Shown piece after piece: positions 12,938-25,666 of a stretch of DNA of 64,000 nucleotides. A program made the position numbers and the translations under genes. The notes below the pieces were generated by a model. That model was not told the origin of the DNA and did not search any database. It saw only the letters and a program-made list of their open reading frames with translations. The DNA is taken from assembly GCF_000143415.4 (NCBI RefSeq), contig NW_003314273.1, positions 2,352,010-2,416,009 of the forward strand, given 5' to 3'. Numbering within the stretch: the stretch's first letter is position 1; every line of letters begins with the position of its first letter. This DNA is from Selaginella moellendorffii (Eukaryota; Plantae; Lycopodiophyta).

Positions 12938-15900
12938 TCATAATATAAAATACCTGCTACAGTTCTTACACTCGGTCACCTCAAAGGATCCTCCCACAAC
13001 GTTGTAGACTCCGCAGGACACGCACTTGAGCCTGTTGATCTTTGCGGGCTTGAGCTGCTTGTAATAGTGAACGTAGCCCAGCCGCGGATGGACGAGCGTC
13101 TGCGCGTGAGCGTAGCTTGCTCCTCTCTGCTGCGGATTCTGTGCCGGGAGAGATGGAGCCTTCTTCAGCTGAACGCAGCACTTGACAGGCTGGAGCTTGC
13201 ACGCCTTGAGGTGTTCCTGGATGATCCCGACGCGGCTGTCACCAGTGATTTCTGTTTTACTGCTGCCTTCGGCCCCGGTGAAGGCTCTTAGCGACTTGAG
13301 TTGCGAGGAGAGGAGCAACGAGAGCTCGGCCGGCGGCTCGATAAGTTGGTCTTCGCAGTAAGCCTGTAAGTTACTGAGCTGCATCTGAACGTGAGCAATC
13401 TCCTGGACCAGACTGTCCCACTCGCTCGATCCTCCTGTTCGTTCTCCATCGAGCTCGCAGCTAAGACCTGTGGCTCTCGGGTGATCCTCGCAGCTCTCGT
13501 CCAGATATGCCAAGTCGATGTCCTCCACTTGAGTCAATGGCTCGTCACGCTCGTTGCTTCTCCTTTCCAGCAGCCCGTACATACTGACGAAGTTGTGGCG
13601 GACAACCAGCCTTGCAGCGAGGAGGTGCTCGCAAGTGAACATCGTCTCGAGGCAGTCGCAGAAGTTTGTGAGGAGGTTGACGACGTGAGACTTGGCCGTG
13701 TCACCATTGCAGCCGTGAACTCTGAAAAGAAAACCCGGCTCGCTGAGTACCTCGAAACATGCTCGGTTATTGTTGTATTGAGCCAAAAAGCGTTCTGCAG
13801 CAGCCAAGCGCTTGCGCTCCGCCGAAGTGCTCGATTGACTGTGATAGCGCCTCGAATCACCTGAGAAAGTGTTAAGGACTCGAAAGAAAGGAAAAGACTG
13901 GTGGATACAAAGGACGTGTCTCTGCCGAAAAAACTCCTCCAGCGTACCACCCTCTGGCTTACTGCTTGTCAGGGCGCTTCCTACCAAAGCCAGAAGAAGA
14001 TCACAATTGCTCTGGTTCATACGCCCTCCAAACAAGGAATACTTGATGAAGAGCCAGAAGTAACTCACTATGTTGATTGTCTCTACGTTTCCATGCTCGA
14101 ACAACCTGCCAAAAGTCGGCCAAATTCTCCGCCAAGCACAATGAGAGCCCAACCATCCCATTTCCAGATAATCCACAATCTCCTTAAAACCACCATAGTC
14201 CTCCTGTGCATCAAAAACAAAAACAGGCCACTCAAGACAGAAACATGACAGAACTACCTTAAATTTGTTCCAAAGATTATCGAAATCGGCTTCAGAAGGG
14301 GCCATCATCATTCCATCCAGTTGGCGATACACATCTTTTCTCATTTCCGATGCGACCTGCTGCAAGCAATCAGGAAATAGTTACAACGAAAAAAGGTTTT
14401 CACCTGTGGGAGAAGATTCTCAACCCAAGCTCTTTTCACGCAAAACCAGCAAAGCAGTAGTCGACAAGCGATCTGCTTACCGTCCCTCCAGCATTTCTCA
14501 TCCCGAGAGACAACACTGAACAAAGCGTCAAAGCTCAGCCGCGACTTATCAATCAAAATTGCAGCTGGCCTCACAGACAGCTGCTTCAAAACTGCTGTCA
14601 ATGCCAGCTTCAAGGCAATGCTCTCGTGCCTTGACCCCGTGTCAGCCGAGCACATCATGAAAAACACTGGCATTCCAATGCCGTCCTGGAAGACGTGATC
14701 AAAAACCATAACAAAATAGAGATAGAGACAGTAAGGCACCTGATTAGGAACGGCTGCCGCATGCAATGGAAGACCCCGTATACAGGTTGTGAAAGTCGAG
14801 TCGAGGGCCCAAACATTACCCGCAGAAAACCTTTACAAGAAAAACAAACGTCGTTATAAGAAGAATGAAGAACATAAGAAATGAAAGCAAGACCTTTCAG
14901 CCATTTCTCGCATCCATGGAGTCATGATGACACACACGAACGGCTGCTTCTCTTCCACGGGATTAAAAACGTCATACTGCTGATAAAAAATCACAGTCTT
15001 CTTTTTCCTGTGTGCGTCAACCTCCTTGAGCAACCGGACCCAATCGCTGCTTGAGATCTTGCCTAAAAGAAAGCGGTACAAAACCCAGCTGTATCAGGCA
15101 GGAAGATAAACATTGGACCATAAAAGAACGAAAAAACCGACAAACCTTGAGAGTTCAGCTCCATGGTTAACTGCGCCACCTCTTTCGGGATCAGATGAAA
15201 GCGAAAGGTAGCTTTGTCAAGGTCCGTAGCTCTGGACTTGAGTAGCATATCCATCCGCAACGACGCTCTTGCAACCGAAATCACGTCCCAGGACAAGTCA
15301 AACTCGTACAAAGCAGCTTCTTTTGCCGACGAATGGACGGGAAAGTTAACGTAATCTTCTTTGTCATTGGGATTATGCCCCCTGTGTGCCCTGTTGAGAA
15401 GTACTGTCACCAAGATATTGCTCGAATCTAGAAAATGGCTGTTTGCCTGCATTTGCTCAAAGTAACTCCCATGGCCGTCCTGGAAATCTGGAAGTTGGCT
15501 CGAGCTTTTGGAGCCAAGAAAGTCCTCCGACGAATCCACGGAGGCTGTTCTCTCCGGCAAGTTTACTGGCTCTGTAAACTCCGGGTTGAGCTCGGGCAAC
15601 TGAGAGATCCTCACCGGAATGAGAGTACGTACTCGAAAAGTGCATGGTAATCCTTGATGAGTAGCACCAACATTTTTGCTTGAGGAATCGGCTCCTTCCT
15701 GCTTTCGAAAACCACGGGCACAAACCCAGGTGGTGACGATCGAAGGCTCAGGACTGGCGATCCTGTACGTGCTCTCCTTTCGCAGCGATACCCTGTGCCG
15801 GATACAAAGACCCTCGATGAAATCATCCAGATGCTGCCAAGGAACAGTGTGAACTTCCGGCCACCTTTCAGGCAAGTTCTTGCGGAGACGCTTGCTAGCC

Positions 15901-16616
15901 GGGGACTCGTGGAGCTGGTCATCGCATTTCGGGCACTCTCCAATCCTGGCCTTGATGAAATCCTCCGGGATGCCATGCTTCTTGTTCCCAGTAACGTAGA
16001 ACAGCCCCAAGTTCTTGACAGTGTCGCGGAGGTTTAGACACGATCCACTGCCAGCCTCGACATGGAACTTATCGACGACGAAAGGCCACTCCTCTCTGTA
16101 AGCTATGATCCTTCTTAACTTATCCCACTTGGAGCTCAAGCGTCGGCGCTTGATCCCATCGCTTTCCACGTCCATCACCACCAGAGCGCTGGACAGGGAT
16201 TTCCATCGGCTCAAGAGAGCGTCGGCCACAGCGCGGTTGTTCCTCCGCTTCTCCGGGAAGCTTGGATCGGCCTTCTTGATCTGCGCCTCGCTTGGCTTGG
16301 AGCCAGAATCCAAGCACTTGACGGTCAGATCGTAAGCGGCAGCATTGAAAGCGTAGGATTCCAGCGATCCAGAATTATCTCGTGGCGCCTGGTGATGATT
16401 CTCTGAAGGCGCCGCTGCCGCTGCCGCTGCCGCTACACAAGAAGAAACCCTCTCTACATCCTCGAGGCTGTCTAGAAATTCTATCACATTGAGCTCCGCT
16501 GCTGGCTCAGAGACTCCAAAACCCTCAAAATCTACATCGCGTTGCCTGGCCGCCGCACCTGCTGCTGCGTCCCAGCCCTGACCCCAGCTGGATTCGTAAG
16601 CACTCATCGCTAGCAT
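12938..16616 (-). CDS. Multi-exon Mutator (MULE) transposase-like protein with SWIM zinc finger
   Basis: Spliced ORFs 15063-16616, 14854-15081, 14341-14766 and 12938-14365. Motifs: WALDSTF...GLPLHA...GIGMPVFFM...LIDKS (MULE core), LCWFCVKRAW, SWIM finger CDC-x6-CEH, and an upstream WVCARG..CTFRV..HRGH zinc-finger-like segment. No TIRs or TSD seen. Confidence 0.8.
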
Positions 16617-17679
16617 CGCTGGAAAGCATAGCTACAAATCCTAGAACCCTAAAAATCAAATTGATAAGATTAAAAGAACATTGTTCTTTTCTAACATTAT
16701 TGAATTCTTTTACTTCCTATTATTACTAAACTCCCTTTTAGTTCAACGTGAAGATAACAATATGCATTTTTGTTTGATGTCAAAACTAAATTTGCATTAT
16801 GAGGCAATACATTCTATTTTATGATACCAAACTATTTACTCATAAATCCAACAATTATCAAAATTTAAATCATGATAACGTTTTTTATTATTAACCAATT
16901 AATTGATTAGCAGGACCTATATTGATATGTTTAAATTCATAATTTTCTGAAACTCCAAAAGCCCTAAAACAGGCATACATCCAAATAATGTCTCAAATCT
17001 ATCAATAAGCTGATACTTGAACAAAAGTATTAGGCTCACTATTAGACTCTTTAGTTGTATGAAATTTTATAACAATATTAAGAACATTATCTATTGTATA
17101 ACTCCAAGTATCTCCCAAGATTCTACAATTTCAATAAATTTTATAATTGAATAGATGTAGTTATTTGAGTGACACTGGAAGAGCACTATCATGTACAATT
17201 ATATTAGTAACTATAGGAAAGATTAAACATATTAATATTATAAAAATAATTGTGTTCAATCTCAAATAAATATAATGCTGTATATAATACTCTAAAATAT
17301 TATAAATATCACTAATTGTCTTTAAAAAAAGAGTCATATACTTCTCTTTAAGATTAGATAGTGAAGCAGTTGGCTATAGTTTTATTAATCAATCTTATTC
17401 TTTACTTAGAATAGAATAATCTCAGATGTTTATGATCTTCTAAACATAAGACTTTAAATTAGAGGTGTATTATTTTTAACTTATAGCTATAACCATATAA
17501 AGATAGGATATATTCAAAATAAACTACCAAGGTTAATATTATTATAAACATATATTTTTAGTTATGTGAGTGCATGGAATATAAAAATGGAATACAAAAA
17601 TCCCATTATACTAATATTAGTGTACAACTGTTAATATTAGTATACAACATCGTAACCATACACTTGGATTTCATATCAT

Positions 17680-18800
17680 CCCCTCCTTTCTAAAGTATAG
17701 AAACTAATTAGGGGTTTCTAGTTAATAGGCTGGGATTTAGAAGAATATTAAGAACTAGTGGATTTGTAGATGGTATTAATTGTTCTTGATCCCTTTGTAC
17801 AAACCATTTCAACCATTATACATATATAATTTCTAAAGGATTAATTTCTTGAATATCATGCCAAACCTCATAAATTTGCAGTCCAATTGTAAATGACTAA
17901 ATTTCCATTCTACTTTAGTCACTTAACCACATATTCAACCATTTAAAAGAGTCTCATTTACAACCTTCATAAGCCCTATTCCGGACTTAAGGCTTGTTAA
18001 CCCCAAAAATGGCATTTATGCCATTTAACCTTTGCATTTGGTCCAAATGCTCTATATGTCCAATCCCATGATCGACACTCAAAGGTATCACTAATATATC
18101 AACCCATTATACTAAGGCCATGCCCATTCACTTTTGTCACACCGATGATCCAACACCACTTACATCACAGTCCCATCTCTCAAAGACTAAGGCATTCATC
18201 TATGAATGATCATCACAGATCCACTCCTTAACATCTTTAAGATACCTATAGACATGGGGAACAACTTTCCCCAATATCCCTTTTTTAGTCTCTATCAAGT
18301 CCCTTTTTGCCCATGGTTGTGTTTGCCCACACTGCCATTAGATCAAGGCCCACAGGCCCAACCATCATATGACCATATCCTTGGTCATTACACCAAAGGA
18401 TTATTCCCCTTCCTTTCCAGTGTTTGGGACTTTGGGATAATATTTTGGAACACCATGCCCCACTCTCCCCACCTTCCACCTTTGGGTGCTTTAGCTATGG
18501 GCTTAGAGTGAGGTTTCATTGAGCCATGCTAAGTATCCAAGTAGATAGTGCCACCCATATTTGGATTGGGAGCATCGACCATTCAATCTTCTAGGGGAGC
18601 TAAAGCTAGCTCTTGAACACTTCACCAAGGTACCCCACTTGTCTGTTCAAATTCACTTTAACTTTAGACTCCTCAGTGGATATATCATCACCGAACACGT
18701 GGGCATAGCCTTCTTGGGTCACATTGGCCTTTCCAACAATCTTTAAAGAAGAAGGACAACAGAGGTTTTTCAAAGTGAAGAGTGATGCAAAGTTTAAGAA
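17680..18800 (-). repeat. Decayed dispersed repeat, probably retroelement-derived
   Basis: ~18100-18560 is the reverse-complement homolog of ~60040-60560 (e.g. CCCATCTCTCAAAGACTAAGGCATTCATCTATGA). A PPT-like purine run lies on the - strand near 17680-17690. Confidence 0.55.
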
Positions 18801-18899
18801 AGACTCCAAGAAGAAGTTTGGTGGTTATTATAATAAATCTAACTATGAAGAGTTTAAATGTAACTATAAATGAGTTTAAATTTAACTATTGACCTATTG

Positions 18900-20700
18900 T
18901 GGTAGTTAAAGAAATAACCCCTTTATGCATTTGGGTGCATGGCATATCAGCATGTTCCAAAAGGGTTGCATACAAAATTTAATCCAATTAGGGAAAAGCT
19001 TATGTTTGTTGACATATCTGATTTTAGGTTTCATACTTACAAATTGATGAATTTGGTGACAACCATGGTTCACATTTACAAGTAGGAAAAAGTGGTATTT
19101 TCTTAAGTAACTCTTTTTTTTCTCTCAATCCTCTTTTATTCTTTATAAAATTTTCATGTTCTTAATTTTGGAATGATGTTATTTTTTATGCTTATTTTTC
19201 GAATAATGCTCAACAAAGTGGAGTTAATTTAAGAGTATTTGAGCAAAAAAGACCTAATTTAGTCATTAAAGTCCCAACCCAACCTTCTCTTATAAGATAT
19301 GAGGTTACAAGACTTTTTGAACCACTTAAATAAGGAAAAAAGGTGAAAATTCCAAAAAACCTTTAAAAATGCTAAATATTTTTATGTTTTTTTATTAGAA
19401 TTTTATATACTTACTTATACACTAGAGTTTTCTTCATTTAAGGAAGCTATTAGAAGTAAGAAATGACAAATAAATCAAGTTCATCACTTGTATACACACT
19501 TTTGATGAAGTGGTTTTTCCAATTAAACTTGCATCTCTTGGCAATTCATAGGTTTACAAGATGAAAATTAACTTTAATAGTTTCATTAATTGTCATAAAG
19601 TTTAATTCATTGCACAAAGTTACAAATAACAATATGGTATAAAGTATTTCAAGACATACTCTTCAATAGTAAAGATGAAAAGTGTTTAGATTTTGTTTAT
19701 TTTAACTATTTACTTTAATTTTGAAATTCATCAAATTGTCATTAAGACTGCTTTCTTAAATAGAAACTTACAGGAAGATGCTTACATTCAACAACCAAAA
19801 GGTTAACCTAACCTGAAAAACAACATTTCATGTAGAAGCTCAAGAAAGCTCTTTATGGCCTTATGTAAGTCTTGAGAGCATAGTGGCAAAAAATTAATAT
19901 TTTCTTTAAAATTAAAAGATTTTTTTATCACTCCTGAATTTAATGTTTACATCAAGCAAGAAGGGAAATTTCTATTTATTGTTGCTCTCTACATTAATAA
20001 TTCACTCATGATTAGCAACAATTGTGAGTATTTACAAATTTTCAAGACTAACCTTGAGAAAAAAATTCTGTGATGGATCTTGGAGAAGCTTGATATTTTT
20101 TTAATCTTGAAATTCATTGTGATATGAAAATAAGGTCTCTTTACATCTTTCAACATCAATATTTAACTAAAGTTCTTCTTATTTGTCTATGAAACCTAAA
20201 AGTTGAGTGTTCTTTTAACAAGAAAGAGTGTCAAGCTATAGCAAAGGTACCATTTCAAAATTTTCTTAGGAGTTTGATATAGTGTGCAACTATCCAAATT
20301 TAGCTTATGTTGTCATTGCTCTTAACCAATTTTCTACCAATCACATCAAGATATAGCTAAATTTTTTATATGTTGCTTTTGGAGTGTTATATGGCTCAAG
20401 TGGTGGCTTTTCTCTTGTTACTTACAGGAACATCAACTTGTTAGATAACAGAGATAATTATAAATCCACAACAAGGCTTTTCTTCTAGTTTGGAACAAAT
20501 CATGTTCTTTGGGCTAGCAAGAAGCAAACTCATATTACTCTTTCCTCTACAGAAACAAAGTATTTTGCTACCTTAATTGCTTCCAAAGAAATTCTTGAGT
20601 TTCAAAAATTTCTTGGAGTTCATGGTCTATATCAATTACTTTTCATGTTGATAATGGAGTTATTAATTAGTTGCAATACTAGAAGTTTCAGCATGTCTAT
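18900..20700 (+). mobile_element. Ty1/copia pol relic (integrase/RT/RNase H), many stops and frameshifts
   Basis: Decayed motifs: GYKTF/GYRL (~19302), KLKKALYGL (~19836), IVALYI[N]N for the YVDD region (~19980), MDLGEA (~20073), WASKKQ...LSSTET[K]Y (~20510-20565). Confidence 0.8.
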
Positions 20701-22287
20701 CACTATATCAAAGATCTGATACATATAGAAATTCCATTGGAGTCATGGCCAAGCCTTGGAGGAGGAAGCAATAGCAACAATCAAAGAGTGTTGAAGCTGA
20801 AATCCAAGATATGATAGGTGCTTTGAACCAAAGGCCATAATTTCAAGTGAAACTTCTGTACATAACAGTGGTTCTTTCTTGTTTCAAGTAAGCAATTGTT
20901 TCTAATTTCCTTCTATTCATTCTTTCTGGTCCTTTATTAAGAGAAGATGATTGGACTCTGACCTAACTACTCCTGGATGCCATGTGGCAGGAACTGGCAC
21001 TAACACCCCCACTTTGGCGCAGTAGAGGATGGGACTGGTGGAGACTCGTCTTGGATGGTCTGGCCACATACTACACGTCATTGCTCCTGGATCCAGCACT
21101 CTACTCTTGCAAGTGTTGCAAGCGCTTGCGCCCTCTTCTCCTCGTTTGTCATTGGTCATCTGCACCATTCATATTGGCCATTGGATCGTTTCAACCAAAT
21201 ATCATGTGCGAATAATATCAGTTAACTTCATAGCATGTCAGTTACATTGTTATACATCTAGCTATGTGTTCCTTGGACCATCACTTGACAAGCTTATGTG
21301 GAGATCAGTCAGGATCACTGACGTAGTGATCTTGTGTTTCCCACAGTTTGTCCATTGTAGCTGAAGGTGGCTCTCTCTAAGAAGACACCAAATCTGGAGG
21401 ATGTAGTGGTGATCGTCAGTCACCTGTTTCAAGAGGATGGCCTTCTTTGGAACTTCTTGAAGTGCCAGACACCCATCTCATGGCCGTTTTAACCAAGGAA
21501 ATGAGAAGGACCTTGACTGTCATGCAAAACATTGTGGATGGGATCGCAGAATTTTTATTTTAATTTTTTTTTTTCTGGCCTCACTTTTGCAGCTCCCTGG
21601 CGTAAGCAACCCCGAGTGCCAACCAGGGAGACTTTTGAGATGGCTTTGCTTGAGAAACTTAAGTTTGTTTCCAATCCAATCTATACACGCTAAGAGCTCA
21701 GATCATCCGGTGGGACACAATGAGCCCCTGAGTCTGCATGGAACCAAAACAATAAACTCGCAATGGAAAGCTCAATGGATTCAGCTTGGCACCATTTGGA
21801 AATGGCCAACGGCCTTGCTGTGAGTGTGTGACACAAAAGCACCACACTGTTTTGATTGAGAGCTTGCGATCGATCAAGAAGAAACCACCTAAAGGAAAAC
21901 TGATGCTTTGCTTTGCTTCTGTTTTAGATACACTCACTTCCAACTCGCTGCCTCTACTTTCGTTTAGTACATACACTATTTTACAATTGAACATCAAGTA
22001 TCATAAGCTGAGAGGTGGACGACTTACTAGCTCTGCCATTCACGTGCTGGTCGTGGTAGTTGATGTCCTTCACTTACAATTCGGACAACCATGCTATGGC
22101 TTTGCCTCGGTGGTCCGAGCTTTAAAATGGTGGGACGAGATCGAAAGCTCGTGTTTTTCACGACAGAGATAGCCAATCAGCCGCTCTTGATATTTAAAGC
22201 ACGTGTTTTTCTCTCACATGCTTGACAGGCCTATAAATGTATGCAAGGATTGCTGTGACTTGCCAATATCGAGAAGTCATTGGAATC

Positions 22288-23015
22288 ATGCTTCTTCGTG
22301 CTCTAGCATTCTTTGCATTGTGTTTGCTGGTTTCCGCAGCACCAGCATCACCCCCTCCTCCTGGTTCATGTTCATCCGACGCTGACTGCCCGGAGGCATA
22401 CCCCTGTTGTTCATGGGGAAACTGTGGCAAAGAAGCCCCATGGTGTTCGTCGCCTCCTCCACCGCCTCCACCTTGCAAGGAAGTCTTACGAGTACACCAG
22501 TGGAGGGTCTACGCATAATCAGCGGTTGTGTGGTTGATGCCATTCAGTGGAAGTCGTCGGGTTCTTCCTGGACTCAAATGTATGGAACGAACTCCTGTTC
22601 AGAATGTTTACCAAGGCCACCTCCGCAAGCTGGTCTGAGAGGCACACTCTACGAGGTCTTTTTAAGTTAACGTTTTTCTTACTTTCTCAATTTCTTTCTG
22701 CAGATCTCTTTGAGCTCGGATGAGTACATTTACAAGGTATCGGGTACAACTGGAACAGACAAAACATGCGGTGCTGGTTGGGCGGGAGAAGCTGTTGTTT
22801 CGCTGACTGTGCATGTCAAGAACATGAGAACCAGTGCAACCAAACCATATGGTCCATTTGGTACTTCGACGAGTGGCACTTTCTTCGAAACAGCACCAGG
22901 CAACATAGTCTCGTTCTTTGGATATGCAAGCCCCAGCTCATATATGAAAGGCATTGGTGTTATCTATTCGACGTGCCCATCCAGTTCTGTCATGGGGGCG
23001 TTTAGCATCATTTAG
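22288..23015 (+). pseudogene. Secreted lectin-like gene: signal peptide + hevein-like Cys-rich domain + poly-Pro + jacalin-like domain, with an apparent frameshift at ~22475-22490
   Basis: MLLRALAFFALCLLVSA, then CSSDADCPEAYPCCSWGNCGKEAPWC and a poly-P run. In another frame: VEGLRIISGCVVDAIQW...YG, an intron (~22656-22703), then ISLSSDEYIYKVSG...VVSLTVH...KPYGPFG...IVSFFG...MKGIGV (jacalin beta-prism pattern). Confidence 0.65.
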
Positions 23016-25666
23016 GGCTGTGTGGCATTTGCCAAACTATGTATTAAAGATTTTGGTGCTATGCCAAAATATGTATTATCCGAGCAGCTCGCAGCAGGGC
23101 TTGGCAGAGAAACATCCTTCATATTTCTTTAAAAAAAATGCAATCTATTATGATGTTGCAATAGATCATTGTAGTGTTACACACTTTGACAAGAATTGAG
23201 GCCAGCATTTCATAACCCAGTTAGGGAGGACATATACATGCCTCGATCTTGCCAGCCATCCGGGAAAAATATCCACCGCATAAAAAGCAACCTCAACCTG
23301 GTGGGATCCAAGGACGTTCACAGCATGCTATTCATGATCAAGATTATCTGAGTATTTTCAATTCGGACTATTTCAACGAACATAACTTTAAAACTTTTAA
23401 TGCTATGAAGATGCATCACATTTTACAAACTTCATTGCAGGATTATGGCGGTAGTTTGGTGAAAGCTGGAAAGAGAACTGCTGTAGTATCATAGCCAGAA
23501 TGACTTTGGCCTTGATCATCACAAATGACTAGCCGAACACCTACGGGCCAAATAAAAACGTGAGTACACAGAGTACAGTATGATATGGCACTGCCCAAGG
23601 GAGATTTATACAAGAGAGATTTTGAGAGATTTTGCAAATTGGGCTGCCCTCCTTGATGGGTATAAGTCTAGGTGAGCAATATATTAACCTTCTTCTCACT
23701 GATTGGTAGTTTCTTTGTTGTCACATTGAAGGGCATTGAATTAATAAGAATTGAATTTGTGCCAATACCATTTATTTCTCTTCCCTTAAAAGCTAATTGA
23801 AAAATGTGATGGTTTTTAGTGGCCTTTTATATACCCTAAAATTCTAAGGATTCATTGTAATAATATATTTAAATTTCATATATATATATATATACAGATA
23901 AGCACTTCCATTATGCAAAATAACCTTTTATAAACATCAACAAATGTTAGTACTCATTTGACATAGGGCAATATAAAACTCTTTGCATAACCAGAATTTA
24001 TAAGGTTAGCTTATTTCTAAAGAGATGTGTTAATCTCTCAAGGAAAAGGAACACTAGTAGTAAAATCTCAAACTCAAGATTAAACTCATTGCTTTTATTA
24101 CTTAAAGTAGTTCTCATTTTTTTTAATCCAACAAAATTCCAACCTCCAAGAGTTCCAATAATAATTTTACAAAGAAGAAAGGCCATTGTAACTATTATAC
24201 CAATTACTACTCACCATTTACACCAATCGCCAAGACTAAATAATCACATTCAATTGATAATAACATTCATGATGCATAGTTTTACTTTTGTTGCTAATTC
24301 TCGAATTATTAATTATACAAATGATTTGTACCATCAATTTAATCACTTTACAATGATTACCACCTATCATTTTTAAAATGATATTTGGCATTTGCACAAA
24401 TTTCCCAAATGTTTACAAAGGATACAGTGGTACAATGTTTTAAGCATAGGCACTTGTGTAGATTAAAGTTGTGTGGATACTAAACTAACACATGATAGAA
24501 TCATACAAGATCTTTGCTGTAAAATGCTAATCTGCTGTCTTGAGAGCCACAGCCTCCACCTACATAGTGAAGAAATTCATTGCAAACAACAAGTAACAGT
24601 GGCTGTGTAAGATGCTGGAGATATTGGGCAAGTGTAGAATGGACTTTGAAAAGGTAATGAACTGAAAGGGAGAATGTTGCTTTGAGGATTGAACTGTTGG
24701 CAAGTCATGCATTGCCTTGAAAATGACAGGCCAATAGAAACCACCATTGTTGATCCCCCCAAATGACCATTATAAGGGTGAAGACTTTGAGAGTCTGGAA
24801 CTTTAGCTTCTGTCAAGCAGCACAGTTGAGCTGTTCTCATGTATAGTGTTCCTCCCAACAAGCAAAATTCTGAGCCTTGATCTCCAAAGTCCATTGCCAC
24901 ACCACTGGCAAGTTGTCTGGGGACTCTTGTGATGCAAATTTGACCTTGGTGTCAATGAGTGCACGATAGATTTGCTTTTGTCAACTGCCCAGGGTTTGCT
25001 GGGCAATTTATACTCTTGGTTCTAGTATGCTCAAGAGTTGATTACATAGGAACTCTAAGGTTGTCAACGTAAAGTTAGAGGAGTGGTTCATTCTTGATGC
25101 AACTTTTCATATATCTTGCACTCAAAATAACTGTGACCTTGAGTTCCCTAGTCCACCCATGTGTTGGACCGCTTTGTAGCTTTGCTAAGATTTGTCAATG
25201 CTTATTCCCCATTGAGTGGTACACTCTAAGCCACTTGGGGTTGATGTTCATCAAGTAGTATTGGCAGCATGCTTGGCAAGCCCTGGTCGCTGGCCCTGAG
25301 CACTGTGTTGGCTGGCCCAAGAATCTCTGCTTAAACTCATTTCTTGGATTTTCAATGACAAAGCTTCTTATTGGTCACACTAATTGTGGCGAGTTTCTTT
25401 GGAGTAGCCTTCTGGTCACTGGAAACGATTCGGTATGCCGAGAGCCAGGCTTGGCTCCGTGGCACCACTTGGAGCAGGTGATCGATGTAGAGACAGATTT
25501 TCCTTATCACTTTTCTTGCAACATTGGCAGACGGAGAAGTCACAAAGCAAGCTTAAATGATGGAGAAAACCGGCATTTGATCTGAAAGCTCGTCGCTCTC
25601 AAAGACAGGCAAACGTCCTATTGTTGTTCTTTCCCTACAGTAAAAATTTTGAGCTCAAATGAGTAG

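Noticed and set aside
20750-22170. Short ORFs with splice-like signals
   Set aside because: No coherent gene model or recognisable domain.
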